Under the pieces are notes generated by a model that saw only the letters and a list, made by a program, of their open reading frames with translations, was not told where the DNA came from and searched no databases. This document shows, in pieces, positions 41,470 to 55,020 of a stretch of DNA of 64,000 nt; the first letter of the stretch is position 1; the number at the start of each line of letters is the position of its first letter. Source of the stretch: Octopus vulgaris. Taxonomy: Eukaryota. The stretch is from positions 40,362,001 through 40,426,000 of the forward strand of contig OX597837.1 in NCBI GenBank assembly GCA_951406725.2, in the 5' to 3' direction. The translations under genes and the position numbers were made by a program.

Positions 41470-41580
41470 GAAGTTTAGCGTAATGGTAAAACACTCGGCC
41501 GGAGTATTAGAGAATGTGGGTTCGAGCCCCATGGCTGTTTGTGGACAACAATTTTACCTCCTATAAGGGTACTTAACCCA
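41470..41580 (+). mobile_element. tRNA-like head / SINE family E
   Basis: A box TAGCGTAATGG and B box GGTTCGAGCCC; no clean acceptor stem; 3' part resembles 12535-12600. Confidence 0.5.
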
Positions 41581-41867
41581 TAATTTCTTATTTCTTTATT
41601 GCCCACAGGGGGTTAAACATAGAGTGGACAAACAAGGACAGACAAACGGATTAAGTCGATTACGTTGGTGCCATTTCCCATGTAGGCCAAATGACCGAGC
41701 TTTTCTCACTCTGAGCAAGGTCCATTCTAGTAAAGGATGAGTGTCTGCGGTATACGCAGTCATTTACACCGAAATTCAATGAGTAGCCAAATCTGTTAAT
41801 AGAACAACTGGAATACTCATCGTCGATACCGACGAAAGACCTATTTACTCTAGCATGAATGCATTTG

Positions 41868-41902
<35 letters not shown>

Positions 41903-41916
41903 ATATATATGTCTAC

Positions 41917-42035
<119 letters not shown>

Positions 42036-42178
42036 TATGTATATATGCACGTGTGTATGCATGCCGCTATATATTTATATGTGTACGTATATAACCATAT
42101 ATACATGTATGTGTACTTGCATCTTAGCATGCAAATATATACATATATATATATATATACATATATATATACATATAA

Positions 42179-42231
<53 letters not shown>

Positions 42232-43016
42232 CACATACATACATATATATATACATACACATACATACATATATATATATATATACATACATATATAAAT
42301 ACCAGTATGTATATGGATCCGTGCACACACACATACACATACACAAACACACATGTATATATGAATGTATGTATGTATGTATATATGCATCCGTGTGAGC
42401 GACCAATTAACACATGAAGTTTTAAAATTATTCAGAATTGCCAAACAAATAATAAATAAATATATATATATATCAACAAACAAAGAAAAAAAATCAATAC
42501 CATCAATAATCTGAAATGATCTAAAAGCGTTTCCTTTAATGGCCATCCTCTTTAAATGAGTTGTCAGTCTACTAAATGTTAATATATTTTAAAAGGAATC
42601 TAGCCAGTAGAATGCTTCTTTAAAACTAATTAAATAAAATGAGTGCAATGTCGGTTACTCCTGAGCGAAACGTTCTACTATCCGCCATTTTGGTTTTTCC
42701 GTTTTTCTCTTTTTTTTCTTTCTTTTGTTGAGAAACACACTTTAAATGGAAAATACGTTAAAATTTTGATGCTTTTTTTTCTATATAGTGTCGTCTTTTA
42801 TTCAGTATCGTCCATATAATCACGTTCTTAAATTTAAATCTACTTGAGAATATGTGCCAATGACTGAAGCCTTAACGCGGTGATTAGACCCGCTAGATGC
42901 AGAAATATCTCGAATATATCTTTAAATCTCAAAGTTGGCGAGAATACGCTGGATCTAGTCCTACCAGATCAGGATAGTTCTCCAACTACAAAATATAGCA
43001 ACAGTATTATATATAG

Positions 43017-43266
43017 AGAGATGTACTTGCATAGAGAGTGACTTGATCTGAGATCGTGTGCTGGAACGAAAACAATTGCAGCGTGGAAGGTGTTTATAAG
43101 CCATTTAAGAAACACACAAAACCGTTAGATTTACTTAAACATTTAAATTTAATTTGTCAAAATATTTTCGTCGCTTTGAGATCGCGACCTGTTCACTGAC
43201 AAAGCTTCGTGCTGCATCACTGTGTGTTTCTTAAATAGCTTATAAACACCTTCCACGCTGCAATTA
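43017..43266 (-). mobile_element. Second copy of the 13385-13725 fold-back cassette with one arm partly deleted
   Basis: Tail GATCTGAGATCGTGTGCTG.AACG then AAACAATTGCAGCGTGG...; short inverted arm 43221-43266; TA-rich flanks. Confidence 0.9.
43153..43203 (-). ncRNA. HHR fold with G3:C8 core
   Basis: TTTGTCA-GTGAACA-G-GTCGC-GATCTCAAA-GCGAC-GAAA-ATAT-TT-TGACAAA; only loop II differs from the 13537 copy. Confidence 0.75.
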
Positions 43267-43327
43267 AATATATATATATAAACATTCACGTGTGTATATG
43301 TATATACATGTATTTATATGTATAAGC

Positions 43328-43388
<61 letters not shown>

Positions 43389-43449
43389 GGAAAAGTGAAA
43401 ATGGAGACAAATGCGCCAAGATGTTATCAAATCCTTCATATCTTCATAT

Positions 43450-43566
43450 CATCGACATGTGTTTCGATGGACGCATTCAAAATATATCCGACAGGATTAA
43501 TAATGTGGAACAATACCTCAATCTTATCAGGGAAGATATAGACATCAGTGCTCTCATCAATTGATG
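43450..43566 (-). ncRNA. Degenerate HHR-like motif in a (TA)n-flanked cassette (43386-43577)
   Basis: CATC-AA-TTGATGA-GA...TC-GAAAC-ACAT-GTC-GATG; 3' half canonical, 5' core imperfect. Confidence 0.45.
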
Positions 43567-43573
43567 CACACTG

Positions 43574-43635
<62 letters not shown>

Positions 43636-43908
43636 GTACATGTATATATGTGTATATATATGTATATGTATATATATATACATATAAAATATGTATGTAT
43701 ATATATATGTATATATGAATCTGTATATATGTGCATATATAAGCATATATGTATATATATACATATACATACATACATACGTACTTATATAAACACATTT
43801 ATCCATACACATATACGCAAATAAGCATATGCATGTGTATATTGTATGCTTATGCGCTTCTATGTGTATGTATATGTGTGTTCATATGTGTATGTATGTG
43901 AATATACA

Positions 43909-43976
<68 letters not shown>

Positions 43977-44593
43977 CAGTATAGTTTGTGCATATCTTGC
44001 CAACGATTGCAACTGTTGAGTATAGAACTCTACGTGCATTATTATGTTGTAAGTGCATTTGGAACTTAACCAAAACGGATCTTCAGGTAACATTTTATAG
44101 CATTGACTTACAGAGAACTTGTTACTCTGCCAGTTAAATTTTTCTATTTTCCTCTCAAAATACTTAAAAAACGCTTCGCCATCAACTCAACTCTTCAAAC
44201 ACAATAAACGTGTTGCCTCTTGATCCTTTCTGGTTAAGCATCCAAATCCACTTGGAACGTTTAATGGGGGGTTCTATGCAGTCGTAGCTGTGAAACGTGC
44301 GTAGAAACAAATAATATAAGCTTGTGTTTATCGTAATTTTTCGAGTTTCTATGCAAAGACGTTTGCTTCCCAACCGCAAAGTTTCAAGTTCAGTCCTACT
44401 GTATGGCATCTTCTGTAAGTGTCTTTTACTATAGCCTCGGACCGACCAAAGCATTGTGAGTAGATTTGGTAGACGGAAACTGAAAGAAGCCAGTCGTATG
44501 TATATACATATATATATGTGTGTGTGCGCGTGTGTCTGTCTGTGTGTGTGTGTTTGTGTGTGTGTGAATGTGTATGTATTTGTGCGTGTGTAG

Positions 44594-44658
<65 letters not shown>

Positions 44659-45689
44659 TTATATTTATAGATTCACATTCAAGAACGAGTGTCACGCCAA
44701 GGATTCTGATAAAGTGATCAAATGATTGTTCTGTGCATTAGCAGATTCCCGCCAATATTTCATCGTTGCCGGTACAGGTGTACGGTGTGCCATACGATAG
44801 GTGTTGAAACGATCGTAGAGTAATGTGAGGTGAAGAGCTTTGTTCAACGCACTACCTCATGCCAAAATTGAACCCACGGTCTCGCGATCGGGAGTTCTAC
44901 ATCTCTAAATGCTATGTCATGTGCTCTCAACTTGACACATATCTAGTCAAGCATTATGATAGATTATAACGAAAGGCAGTAAATAATGGAGTTCGTTCTC
45001 GCTGTCAACTAAGAGGTAAATAGGAAAACCGGTCTAAACGGTTTACGTAAATCCTTTATATTCGTGGGGCTTTGAGTTTTGCGTTTGTGAATATTAAAGA
45101 GTATTACGGTGACGAGTGTTTCAGCTGATCCTATGAACGGAACATCTTGCTCGTGAACGTAACATGCATGTTGGCTGAATACTCTACAGACATGCGTAAC
45201 CTTAACGTAGTTCTCAGGGAGATTAAGCGTGACCTTGAATACGACAAGGTTGGCCCATCGAAATACTGGAACTCCTTACTATTTTACGGTTGAGTGAACT
45301 GAAACAGCGTGAAATAAAGGAAATAAAATTATATTTCTGAAGGACACAAAGCACCGCCGCAAATCAAACTCACGACCGTACGAACGTGGGCTGAGTTCCC
45401 AAATCATTAAGCCACGAGCTTCCCAGTAAAATGTGATATGTAGTTGTTGAGGAGGTCTCAGCGGGTGTCGAAACGTACGTAAAATTGTCCCCCCTTTTTC
45501 TCTCCATAAATATGCCAAATACAAATTGTTCACAACAGCACTGGTGGCTAAAGAAATATATGAATAAATTTTATATATTTTCCAGCGCATTATAGGATTA
45601 CAACTTCAATATTATATTGAATTATATCGAATGTATTCAATACGGTTTACATCATACTTAAACTAAATTTTCTATTGTATTGTAAAATA

Positions 45690-45940
45690 TTTTAAATACT
45701 ATTATATGTGTTTTTGGTTATACTATAAAATATATTTAATATACTTGTAAAACATGTTTCATTTTATACAGTAAGATGCAATTTATATTATATTATAAAA
45801 TATAGTTAATATCATATTGCATGATACGATTTGTACTATAAAATATATTTTATATTACGCAGTAAAATATTTTCTGTATTATACTATAAAATACGTCTTA
45901 GATAATAAACTACGAAATATATTATATTCTAAAATATACA
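45690..45940. repeat. Decayed ~24-bp AT-rich tandem repeat
   Basis: Recurring TACTATAAAATAT.. units about every 21-26 bp; similar texture at 47920-48100. Confidence 0.45.
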
Positions 45941-46087
45941 GACTGTTTGATAATGATGGGACACATTTTAGTAGAAGTTTACGAAGCCGTGGATACTCGT
46001 CTCATGGTTGTTCTAGTCCTATAACTTGTGTTCAGGTCACACTGTATTATATAATACACTGTATTATATATTACACTGTATTATATA

Positions 46088-46330
46088 ATGTTGATACGCA
46101 AAGTGAAAGACATGGGTGCACAAAGTGACCGATTCCTGAATATAAAGGAGACAAAGATCTTGGTGGTGGATAAGTACAGGACAGACGAAGGTGACTTCAC
46201 CGAGGACGGAGAGACGATTCAGGAAGTGAATGATTGTGTGTACTTGGGATCCACAATCAGCACCAGTGGATCAAGTACACCAGGGATACGGAGAAGGCTC
46301 GCAATAGTGAGGCAAGCAGTACAAGATATG
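46088..46330 (+). pseudogene. RTE-clade LINE reverse transcriptase fragment
   Basis: ...LNIKETKILV...DGETIQEVNDCVYLGSTISTSGSSTPGIRRRLAIVRQA matches the end of non-LTR RT (LNxxKTK; VxxFxYLGS; EIxRRL). Confidence 0.85.
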
Positions 46331-46536
46331 GGTTTCTGTAATCAAACACTAAACTTTAAATTATCTGTTTGAAAACCGCTTTCAAGCGAGAAACTCAATC
46401 AAGGTCCCTTTTTTTTTATACACATCTAATTATTAATGGGGAAAAAATTATCAGTAAAGCCATTTCTATTCACTTTTCAAATATATAATACTGTACCAAG
46501 GACATTTTCTTTCTTATTCTATTATCTTATTATATA

Positions 46537-46574
<38 letters not shown>

Positions 46575-47120
46575 TGTGTGCGTATGTGTAATCCTTTAAT
46601 ATATGTCATACTGTCAAATATGCTGTTTTCATTATACTGTAAAATATGTCTTAAGCAGTTTTGTTACACATTGGGAAGGTCATTATGCCATAATAACACA
46701 CGCGATGCATTTATTTCACTTCTTTAATTTTACTAATCAATTGGTTAGTCATTTAACCTATTAAGTAATTGATTTTTGATTTATCGTTCAAGCGTTTAAT
46801 TAATCGGTCAATCAATCATCTCGGATTTTATAATTCTTTTGTCGCCATCGCCAGCCTCGTCAATGATATACCCTGCTTCAGATCTCTCTAAACCTCTATC
46901 GACAGATTCATTGGTTGACCAAAAGATTGAGCAAACAATTGATTACGTAATAGGTTAAGTGGTTAACCAACTGACTGATAAGAATAAAGAAGTAAAAATA
47001 AAACCAGTGTGTGTGATTATCACCTACATAATGACCCTCCCATGATACAACAAAATCTGTTTCCACACTCGACCTCATATGAAGAATATTGCAAAGCAAA
47101 TACAAACTACAAATATACTT

Positions 47121-47285
47121 CACGCAGGCACGGCTGTGTGGTAAGAAGATTGCTTACCAACTACATGTTTCCGGGTTCAGTTCCATTCCGTGGCACCTTG
47201 GGCAAGTGTCATCTACTATGGACTCGGGCTGACCAAAGCCTTGTGAGAGGATTTGGTAGATGGGAACTAAAAGAAGTCCATTGTA
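47121..47285 (+). mobile_element. SINE family A, 5' half
   Basis: CGCAGGCACGGCTGTGTGGTAAG...GGCACCTTGGGCAAGTGTC. Confidence 0.88.
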
Positions 47286-47326
47286 TATATATATATATAT
47301 ATATTCAATATGTGACCGCGTGTGTA

Positions 47327-47513
47327 TCGTTGGCGATTTTCTTTCTCCGTCTTCCCTTCCTTGGACCTTTCCTTTTCCTATGTTTCTCACGAAGAGCTCC
47401 GCTCGAAACGTTATATACTCCTTCTTTCTTTCCTTTCCTGAGCCTCCAATAACACTATACTTGTTCCATGTCCTTGCGTTGTTGTGTTTTCTCTTTGTTC
47501 ATGTTTGGATTAA
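47327..47513 (+). mobile_element. Mini-HHR cassette with mutated core (47382-47416)
   Basis: GTTT-CTCACGA-A-GAGC-TCC-GCTC-GAAAC-GTT; close inverted copy at 58797-58987 has intact CTGACGA. Confidence 0.8.
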
Positions 47514-47531
47514 ATATATATATATACGAAA

Positions 47532-47690
47532 GAAAATGCAATTTTAAAAGATGTTTATTTACTTTACTTGACAATCTTTTTCCAAAGAGTGAAACCGGTA
47601 AAGTAAATAAACATCTTTTAAAATTGCATTTTCAAACCTTCTTTCGTATATAATTCCATTCGTGCGGTACCCTACAACTCCACTTTGTTT
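47532..47690 (+). mobile_element. Collapsed fold-back cassette (36-bp arms 47532-47567/47598-47633, plus tail)
   Basis: Retains HHR 3' half GAAACCGGTA (47591-47600); related to 54166-55020. Confidence 0.8.
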
Positions 47691-47694
47691 TATA

Positions 47695-47773
<79 letters not shown>

Positions 47774-47781
47774 ATATATAC

Positions 47782-47914
<133 letters not shown>

Positions 47915-48204
47915 CATGTTATATAACATGATGAAAATATATCATATATCATATTATATATATACCGTAAATATGTCATACCTCACATTTTATATTATCC
48001 TTTGATATACACTATGCTATCAAATATATTTAGTATTATGTTGTAAAACATGTTTATATTAAACTATTAAAAAAAACTATAAACTATAAAACATCTCTTT
48101 TCCTGTAAAGAAAACTCAACGTATTTATATTAGGGTATAAAAGCGATATTTTTATCAAGGCAGTTTTGTCAAGAAAAGAAGCGAATACGGTGAAGTCGAA
48201 CTAA

Positions 48205-48362
48205 AAGGAAGTAGCTTGCTAGCTGGCCAATCGCAGTATTTGCATCGGGGTTTATCTTTAAATGTATTTCGAAACGCTAGTAAATGTAAACAAAGCTGTT
48301 TTCTTTTCCACTTTATTTTTCTTCTTCGTCTTCTTCTTCCATTGAGGCATCTTCGCCATTTT
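48205..48362. promoter_or_regulatory. Possible promoter/enhancer motif cluster
   Basis: Non-repetitive stretch with AGGAAGT (ETS-like), GGCCAATCG, octamer ATTTGCAT (48238-48245), TGTAAACA and CGCCATTTT (YY1-like); motif co-occurrence only. Confidence 0.25.
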
Positions 48363-48627
48363 CGTTTTCTCTATAACGTTTTTGTCTTGCCGCTTATTTA
48401 TATCGTTTGGCGTTGGAAACATAAACACTACAGAGAATTGACTGTTGTGTCTCTCTTCGCGTGTTTACTTATGCAGCAGTATTTTAAGAATAGCATTTTT
48501 AAAGAATTTTCCAGGAGTAGCAGCAGCAGAACAACGAATAAATGAGGTTTTGAGAAGCAGAAGGCCGTTTCTTTGCCACTGCATGTGTGTATGTGTCTGT
48601 CTGTCTGTCTGTCTGTGTAAATATATA

Positions 48628-49240
48628 TTTCTTTACTACCCACAAGGGGCTAAACATCGAGGGGACAAACAAGGACAGACAAACGGATTAAGTCGATTAC
48701 ATTGACCCCAGAGCCTAACTGGTACATAATTTATCGACCCCGAAAGGATGAAAGGCAAAGTCGACTTCGGCGGAATTTGAACTCAGAACATAACGGCAGA
48801 CGAAACGGCGTGCTAACGTTTCTTATTTCTTTACTGCCCACAAGGGGCTAAACACAGAGAGGACAAACAAGGACAAACAATCGGATGAAGTCGATTACAT
48901 CGACCCCATATCGTAACTGGCACTTAATTTATCGACCCCGAAAGGATGAAACGCAAAGTCGACCTCGGCGAAATTTGAACTCAGAACGTAGCGGCAGACG
49001 AAATACCTATTTCTTTACTAACCACAAGGGGCTAAACACAGAGGGGATAAACAAGGACAGACAAACGTATTGAGTCGATTACATCGACCCCAGAGCGTAA
49101 CTAGTACTTAATTTATCGACCCTGAAAGGATGAAAGGTAAATTCGACGTCGGCGGAATTTGAACCCAGAACGTAGCGGCAGACGAAATACGGCTACGCAT
49201 TTCGCCCGGCGTGCTAACGTTTCTGTCAGCTCACCGTCTT
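48628..49240 (-). mobile_element. SINE family B head-to-tail trimer
   Basis: Three ~185-230-bp units; flanked by near-TSD TCTGTGTAAATATATA / TCTGTCTAAATATATA. Confidence 0.9.
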
Positions 49241-49527
49241 TCTCTGTCTAAATATATATATCACTTTAATCGACTAGGCTATCGAATGTTACTATACACC
49301 GGTGGTTGTTATATACCGCTGGTCACGGCTGCATCTAGCGAATGATTTCACGCCTTTGGCTAGGCAAGCAGACCAACATGCCGTCTGATCGGAGGGGTAA
49401 TCTGTCACAAGGTTACCTGTTCACAAGCGAGTGGACTGGAGGAACATGGAATGAAGTGGTTTGCTCGAAAACATTCCACGCCGCTCGGTCCGGCAAACTT
49501 CACAGGAAACTACTTACAAAAAAATTA

Positions 49528-49966
49528 GGATCTTTTCGGTTTGAACGGCAGTTTTTAACATAATTGCTAGGTAACTAAAATGTTTAAACTTCGTATACTG
49601 GTAGAATGTGTTTATAAAACATCTTTTTCTCTTGGCTTTATTGAGAAAATTCTATAGTTTGTAAGATATTTGTTGTTCTTTTTTTCTTAAATTTCTGCAA
49701 TTTCAACCAATCAATGACGTCCATTGAGGTAAAAAAACATTCTGTGCCGTATGAATATGTCCATCGTTTAAGAAACAGATTGGGTTTATTTACATTTGTG
49801 AAGAAAAAAGATACCCTTCCCTCATCCCTAACCCTAACCCTAACCCTAACTAACCCTAACCCTAAAACAGATTGAAATGCAATAGATCGATATTGGGGTC
49901 ATAATTATGGGTGACAATTTCATATGACACCGTTAGAAAAAACTGCCGTTCAAACTGCAAAGATCC
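49528..49966. mobile_element. TIR element (MITE) with internal (CCCTAA)n
   Basis: TIRs GGATCTTTTCGGTTTGAACGGCAGTTTTT / AAAAACTGCCGTTCAAACTGCAAAGATCC; telomere-type repeats at 49826-49865. Confidence 0.88.
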
Positions 49967-50097
49967 AAAAATTATTTATGCAAAATGTGACGATTATTGC
50001 ACGACCTGCGGTTTATTGCACAACCGTGAGGAGTTTTAGCGAATTAACATTACCTGGGAGAGGTTGGAAAGAAAACTACTTACAACACAGCTGCACC

Positions 50098-50135
<38 letters not shown>

Positions 50136-50273
50136 AAGACACGGGACAAAGTGTTTGAGATGTGCGAGGGAATGGAGAGGCAGCGCATTGCATCCTTCAG
50201 CAAAGCAATTCCGTTCTTGTTTCCTCAGTCTACTGGGCTGAAAACTAGAACCAATCAAGCGCCGATGTATGTC

Positions 50274-50311
<38 letters not shown>

Positions 50312-50315
50312 GAGC

Positions 50316-50724
50316 AGACATACACATACACAATCATACGCAAACACACACATGCATGCTCTCTTTCTTTACTCACTCACATATTTTGTATACATATGTG
50401 AGCGTGTGAGTGTGTATGTATATATGTATGTATGTGTCTATGTATATCTGTATGTATGTATGTATGTATGTATGTATGTATGTATATCTGTATGTATGCA
50501 TGTGTGTATGTATGTATATGTCTATGTATATCTGTATGTATGTATGAATGTATGTATGTATGTATATTTGTATGTATGTATGTATGTATGTATGTATGTG
50601 TCTATGTATATCTGTATGTATGTATGTATGTATGTATGTATGTATGTGTGTGTGTATGTATATCTGTATGTATGTCTGTATGTATGTATGTATATCGGAA
50701 TTCCGTTAAAGCGTTAGGAAAATA
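50316..50724 (+). repeat. Left arm of an inverted duplication (partner 53973-54109) containing expanded (TATG)n
   Basis: TATATCGGAATTCCGTTAAAGCGTTAGGAAAATA and CTCTTTCTTTACTCAC..CATATTTTGTA both recur inverted at 53973-54109. Confidence 0.85.
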
Positions 50725-52254
50725 TTATAACCCCTAGGTAATGCGCCTAGTGCACACATACACACACACACACAAACACATGCGTGCGCGCTTGTGTGTG
50801 AAGGTGCATGGCTTAGTGACTAGAGCGTCGGGGTGTGTATTGTGATCTTGAGCAAGACAGTATATTTCACATTACTCTAGTTCACTCAACTGTAGAAGTG
50901 AATTGCGACGCCGCTGGTTCCAAGATTTATCAAAGGACCGGCTTATGAAGAAGCTCCTTATTGGATTATAGATCGACGTCAGTAAGAAATTATCGATCAA
51001 TTCTGTTTGAGAATCTAAGTATATTATCTAATTCAACGAACAGCACTGCATTTTTGTCTCTGTCTCTCGCACTCTCGGATGAAGAGGAAGGCCCCGAAAT
51101 GTTAAATGCTTCACACCGTACGATATTTTCCATTAACTCCTGAATCCTTAAATTATTACCGATTGTATCAGAGAAATATCTGCAAAAGACTACTGTTTGT
51201 TAAGAAGACAGTGGTTCGCACGCATTGCTGGTATATCATCGGACACCTATGTTTCGACCTGTTTTGATCCCCTCATTAACGATTATATCAGATATTCTGA
51301 ACTAAGCCGATAAATTCTTGTCTCCATGAACAAAATATTTCTTGGTTTGTGCAAAAGCTGTCTAGGCTAAAATCGAATTAAATACATTCTTGAAGCAGCA
51401 TGAAAATAACATAACATTTAGTATATATAAACAAACATACAACTGTACTAACTTTAATATTTTGTTTCAAAGTATCTTCTCAAGGAGATCTTTGTACTAA
51501 AAAACGCAGTTTTGCTCAGAACGCCAGTGGATCGCCAAAGAGTATGTGTTCAATTTGATTTTATGCCTGCATATGCAGAGAAAAAAAAGCCCCAGACATT
51601 CTAAAGTAAGCCGAATTATACTTGTTTGGAAATATAAATCGGGTAAACAAAATATTTATTGATGTGCACGAAAGCAAGCCGTACCAACTGATGGTTTTTT
51701 TTTCATACGAATAACAAATCACATTTAATAGCATTCTGTATTCTCAAACTACGTATTTATATGCACATTAAAAACAAAAACAAATATACCCAAAAAAGCA
51801 GAAAAAGACTAACAAAATGAAAAGAAACATTTAAAATATCGTTTAAAATATCGAATTGAGGTGGAAGATTCCTGTGAAGTTGTCGTGATGTATTGATTTC
51901 TTTTTCGGTTTCTGTTTTTTCTTTTCTGTTTTTTCTATTATTTGCAACCGCCTGCCAAGTGCTTGATTTATATATGCTATAAAGTGCAGTAATGATTTTA
52001 ATAGTACCGAAAGAATTAGGTTGGTGAAGGGATAGAATTGTTACAGCACTCGCGGTGTTGCTTTTCTTTCTTTCTTTCCTTTTTTTTTTCTTTATTCAGT
52101 CTTTTTAACTTTATGAGTTCAGATATTACGGAGGTCAAATTTGCTTTTCCTCAAACTCTCAGGGTCGATAAATAAAGTACCAGTCAAGTTCTGTTGTTAG
52201 GATATAACTAACTTCCTACTCTCACGCGTGTGAATTAGTGCCTACGTTAGAAGC

Positions 52255-53110
<856 letters not shown>

Positions 53111-53153
53111 ATATTGCAATTTATTAATTACGCTTTTTCTCGTCTATTTTCAG

Positions 53154-53211
53154 GAATTGTTGCCTCTTACAGAGCAAGGTGACTTTGGTTCAACCTGTGA
53201 TGCCTCATTCG
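53154..53211 (+). other. Candidate 58-nt internal exon
   Basis: Branch-like TTAAT, pyrimidine tract CTTTTTCTCGTCTATTTTCAG acceptor, donor G|GTAAGT; two frames open (ELLPLTEQGDFGSTCDASF or NCCLLQSKVTLVQPVMPHS); product not recognised. Confidence 0.45.
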
Positions 53212-53268
53212 GTAAGTTCACAACATGTTGCACCGCAACATTTTAATCATTATTAAACCATATTTCAT

Positions 53269-53299
<31 letters not shown>

Positions 53300-54165
53300 G
53301 TATGTATATTGGTTATCCATATATTATTTTTACAATTTGAAAAATTCAGAAAGAAACAAAAATAAGGACAAATCTGCAGCGGTTATTGGAAAATATCGAC
53401 CAGTGGTTTCCAACACTTTTACAGTGGATCCCAACATTGGTCCAGAACCTTTTTATTTCAATGATTTTTTACATATACACCTTTTATGCTTATACTTATG
53501 TACACACACACACACATATGGACCGAAACTGTAGTGATGATTGGAAGCTTGACTGATGACTAGAAAGCCACGAATGTTCCGTCCTGGTTTTCCTGTCTGT
53601 GTTTGTTTTGTATCGTCTACCTGTCCGTATGTTTTCATTGCCGACAGTTACGTTCTTGTACCGTTATATATATATATATATATCATTTTGTCTCCCTTGT
53701 CACCTTACTAAAATAGTGCTTTTGTGGTTAATGAGTGGTTTTAAGTCTTATTTCTAGCAATGTTGGTCCAACTTTGGAGCCTCTGTCACTCTAGTTACGT
53801 CTATAAATATATACATATATATATATATGTATATATTTATATATATATATATATATATGTATGTATATATATATATATATATACATACATACCACACACA
53901 CACTTACACACATACACACACACACAAACCCAGTTGTGAATTAATATCAATTACAAAGAAATGGAGCGTATAGTATTTTCCTAACGCTTTAACGGAATTC
54001 CGATATACATACATACATACACAATCACGCGCTCACGCATGTGTACAAAATATGTGAGTAAAGAAAGAGTGCATGTATGTGTGTGTTTGCGTATGATTGT
54101 GTATGTCTGTGTGTGTGTATGTGTGTGTGTGTGTGCGTGTGTGTGCGTGTGTGTAAGGGATGAGG

Positions 54166-55020
54166 ATTTGAAAATGTAGAGGTCTTTTAAAGATGTTTAT
54201 TGACTTGACTGGTTTCACTTATTTTTTAAATGATTTTCTAAAGTAAAGCGTAAGGCTTTCTGTAGCCTTTGTGGTGTTAAAAATTACTTAACATAGATGT
54301 ATTAAAATACAGTGATGCAGTCTTTGACAGTGATAAGAAAATGTTAAGAAAAAGAAACTTTGACAATGATAAGAAAATGTTAAGAGAGGCTTTGTGTTTA
54401 AACAGTTTACATAAAAGTGCTCAAAATAGGCAATAAAATAAGTTCATTATTGTTTATAAGTTCATCAGAAGTCATAATTGTTTAGACGCATATATGCAAA
54501 ATGAATTTGTAAAGAGTATTTGATAGGAGAAACCGTGTATTGCTTTGTCAAAAGTTCATCAGAAATCATAATTGTTTCAAGAGGAACGACCAACCATTTT
54601 TTCTTCATCTGCAGCCTTGTATACAAAAGACTTGCCTTTGACAAAGCAACATACGCGTGCTCTTATCAAATATTCTATACAAATTCTTTCTGTATATATG
54701 CTTATAAGCAATTAAGATGTCTGATGAACTTATAAGCAGAAATGAACTCTTTTTATTGTCTATTTTGAACACAAAAGCGTCTCGTAACATTTTCTTGTCA
54801 TTGTCAGAGATTCTATTTCTTAACATTTCCTTATCACTAGACATGTATGTTAACTAATTTTTAACACCGCAAAGACTACACAAAGCTTTGCAATTCACTT
54901 TCGAAAATCTTTTTCGAAACCGGTGAAGTTAATAAACATCTTTAAATGACCTCTGCATTTTCAAATTTTCTTCCCTATATATTTTCACTTGTGCGGTACC
55001 TTCAGATTTTACCTTGTAAA
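54166..55020 (+). mobile_element. ~800-bp imperfect palindrome (54166-54966) plus tail ending at (TA)n
   Basis: ATTTGAAAATGTAGAGGTC...TTGCTTTGTCAAA versus TTTGACAAAGCAA...GACCTCTGCATTTTCAAAT; arms visibly diverged. Confidence 0.85.
54202..54473 (-). ncRNA. Type I HHR, canonical core, ~233-nt loop II
   Basis: GACTT-CTGATGA-ACTTAT-[233 nt]-ATAAGT-GAAAC-CA-GTC-AAGTC; decayed partner on the + strand at 54716-54930. Confidence 0.75.

Noticed and set aside
41470-41545. Functional tRNA gene
   Set aside because: A and B boxes are present but there is no proper acceptor or anticodon stem; better explained as a SINE head.
41811-41848. GTCG-ATAC-CGAC-GAAA hairpin
   Set aside because: Upstream junction CTCATC and downstream bases do not fit the HHR core.
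48628-49240. CRISPR-like regularly spaced repeats
   Set aside because: Units are whole SINE copies without unique spacers; eukaryotic context, no cas genes.
49826-49865. True telomere or chromosome-fusion site
   Set aside because: Only ~40 bp, single orientation, and internal to a TIR element.
51074-51106. CGGATGAAGAGG-AAGG-CCCCGAAATGTT
   Set aside because: Needs several substitutions to be an HHR and no second copy is present in the window.
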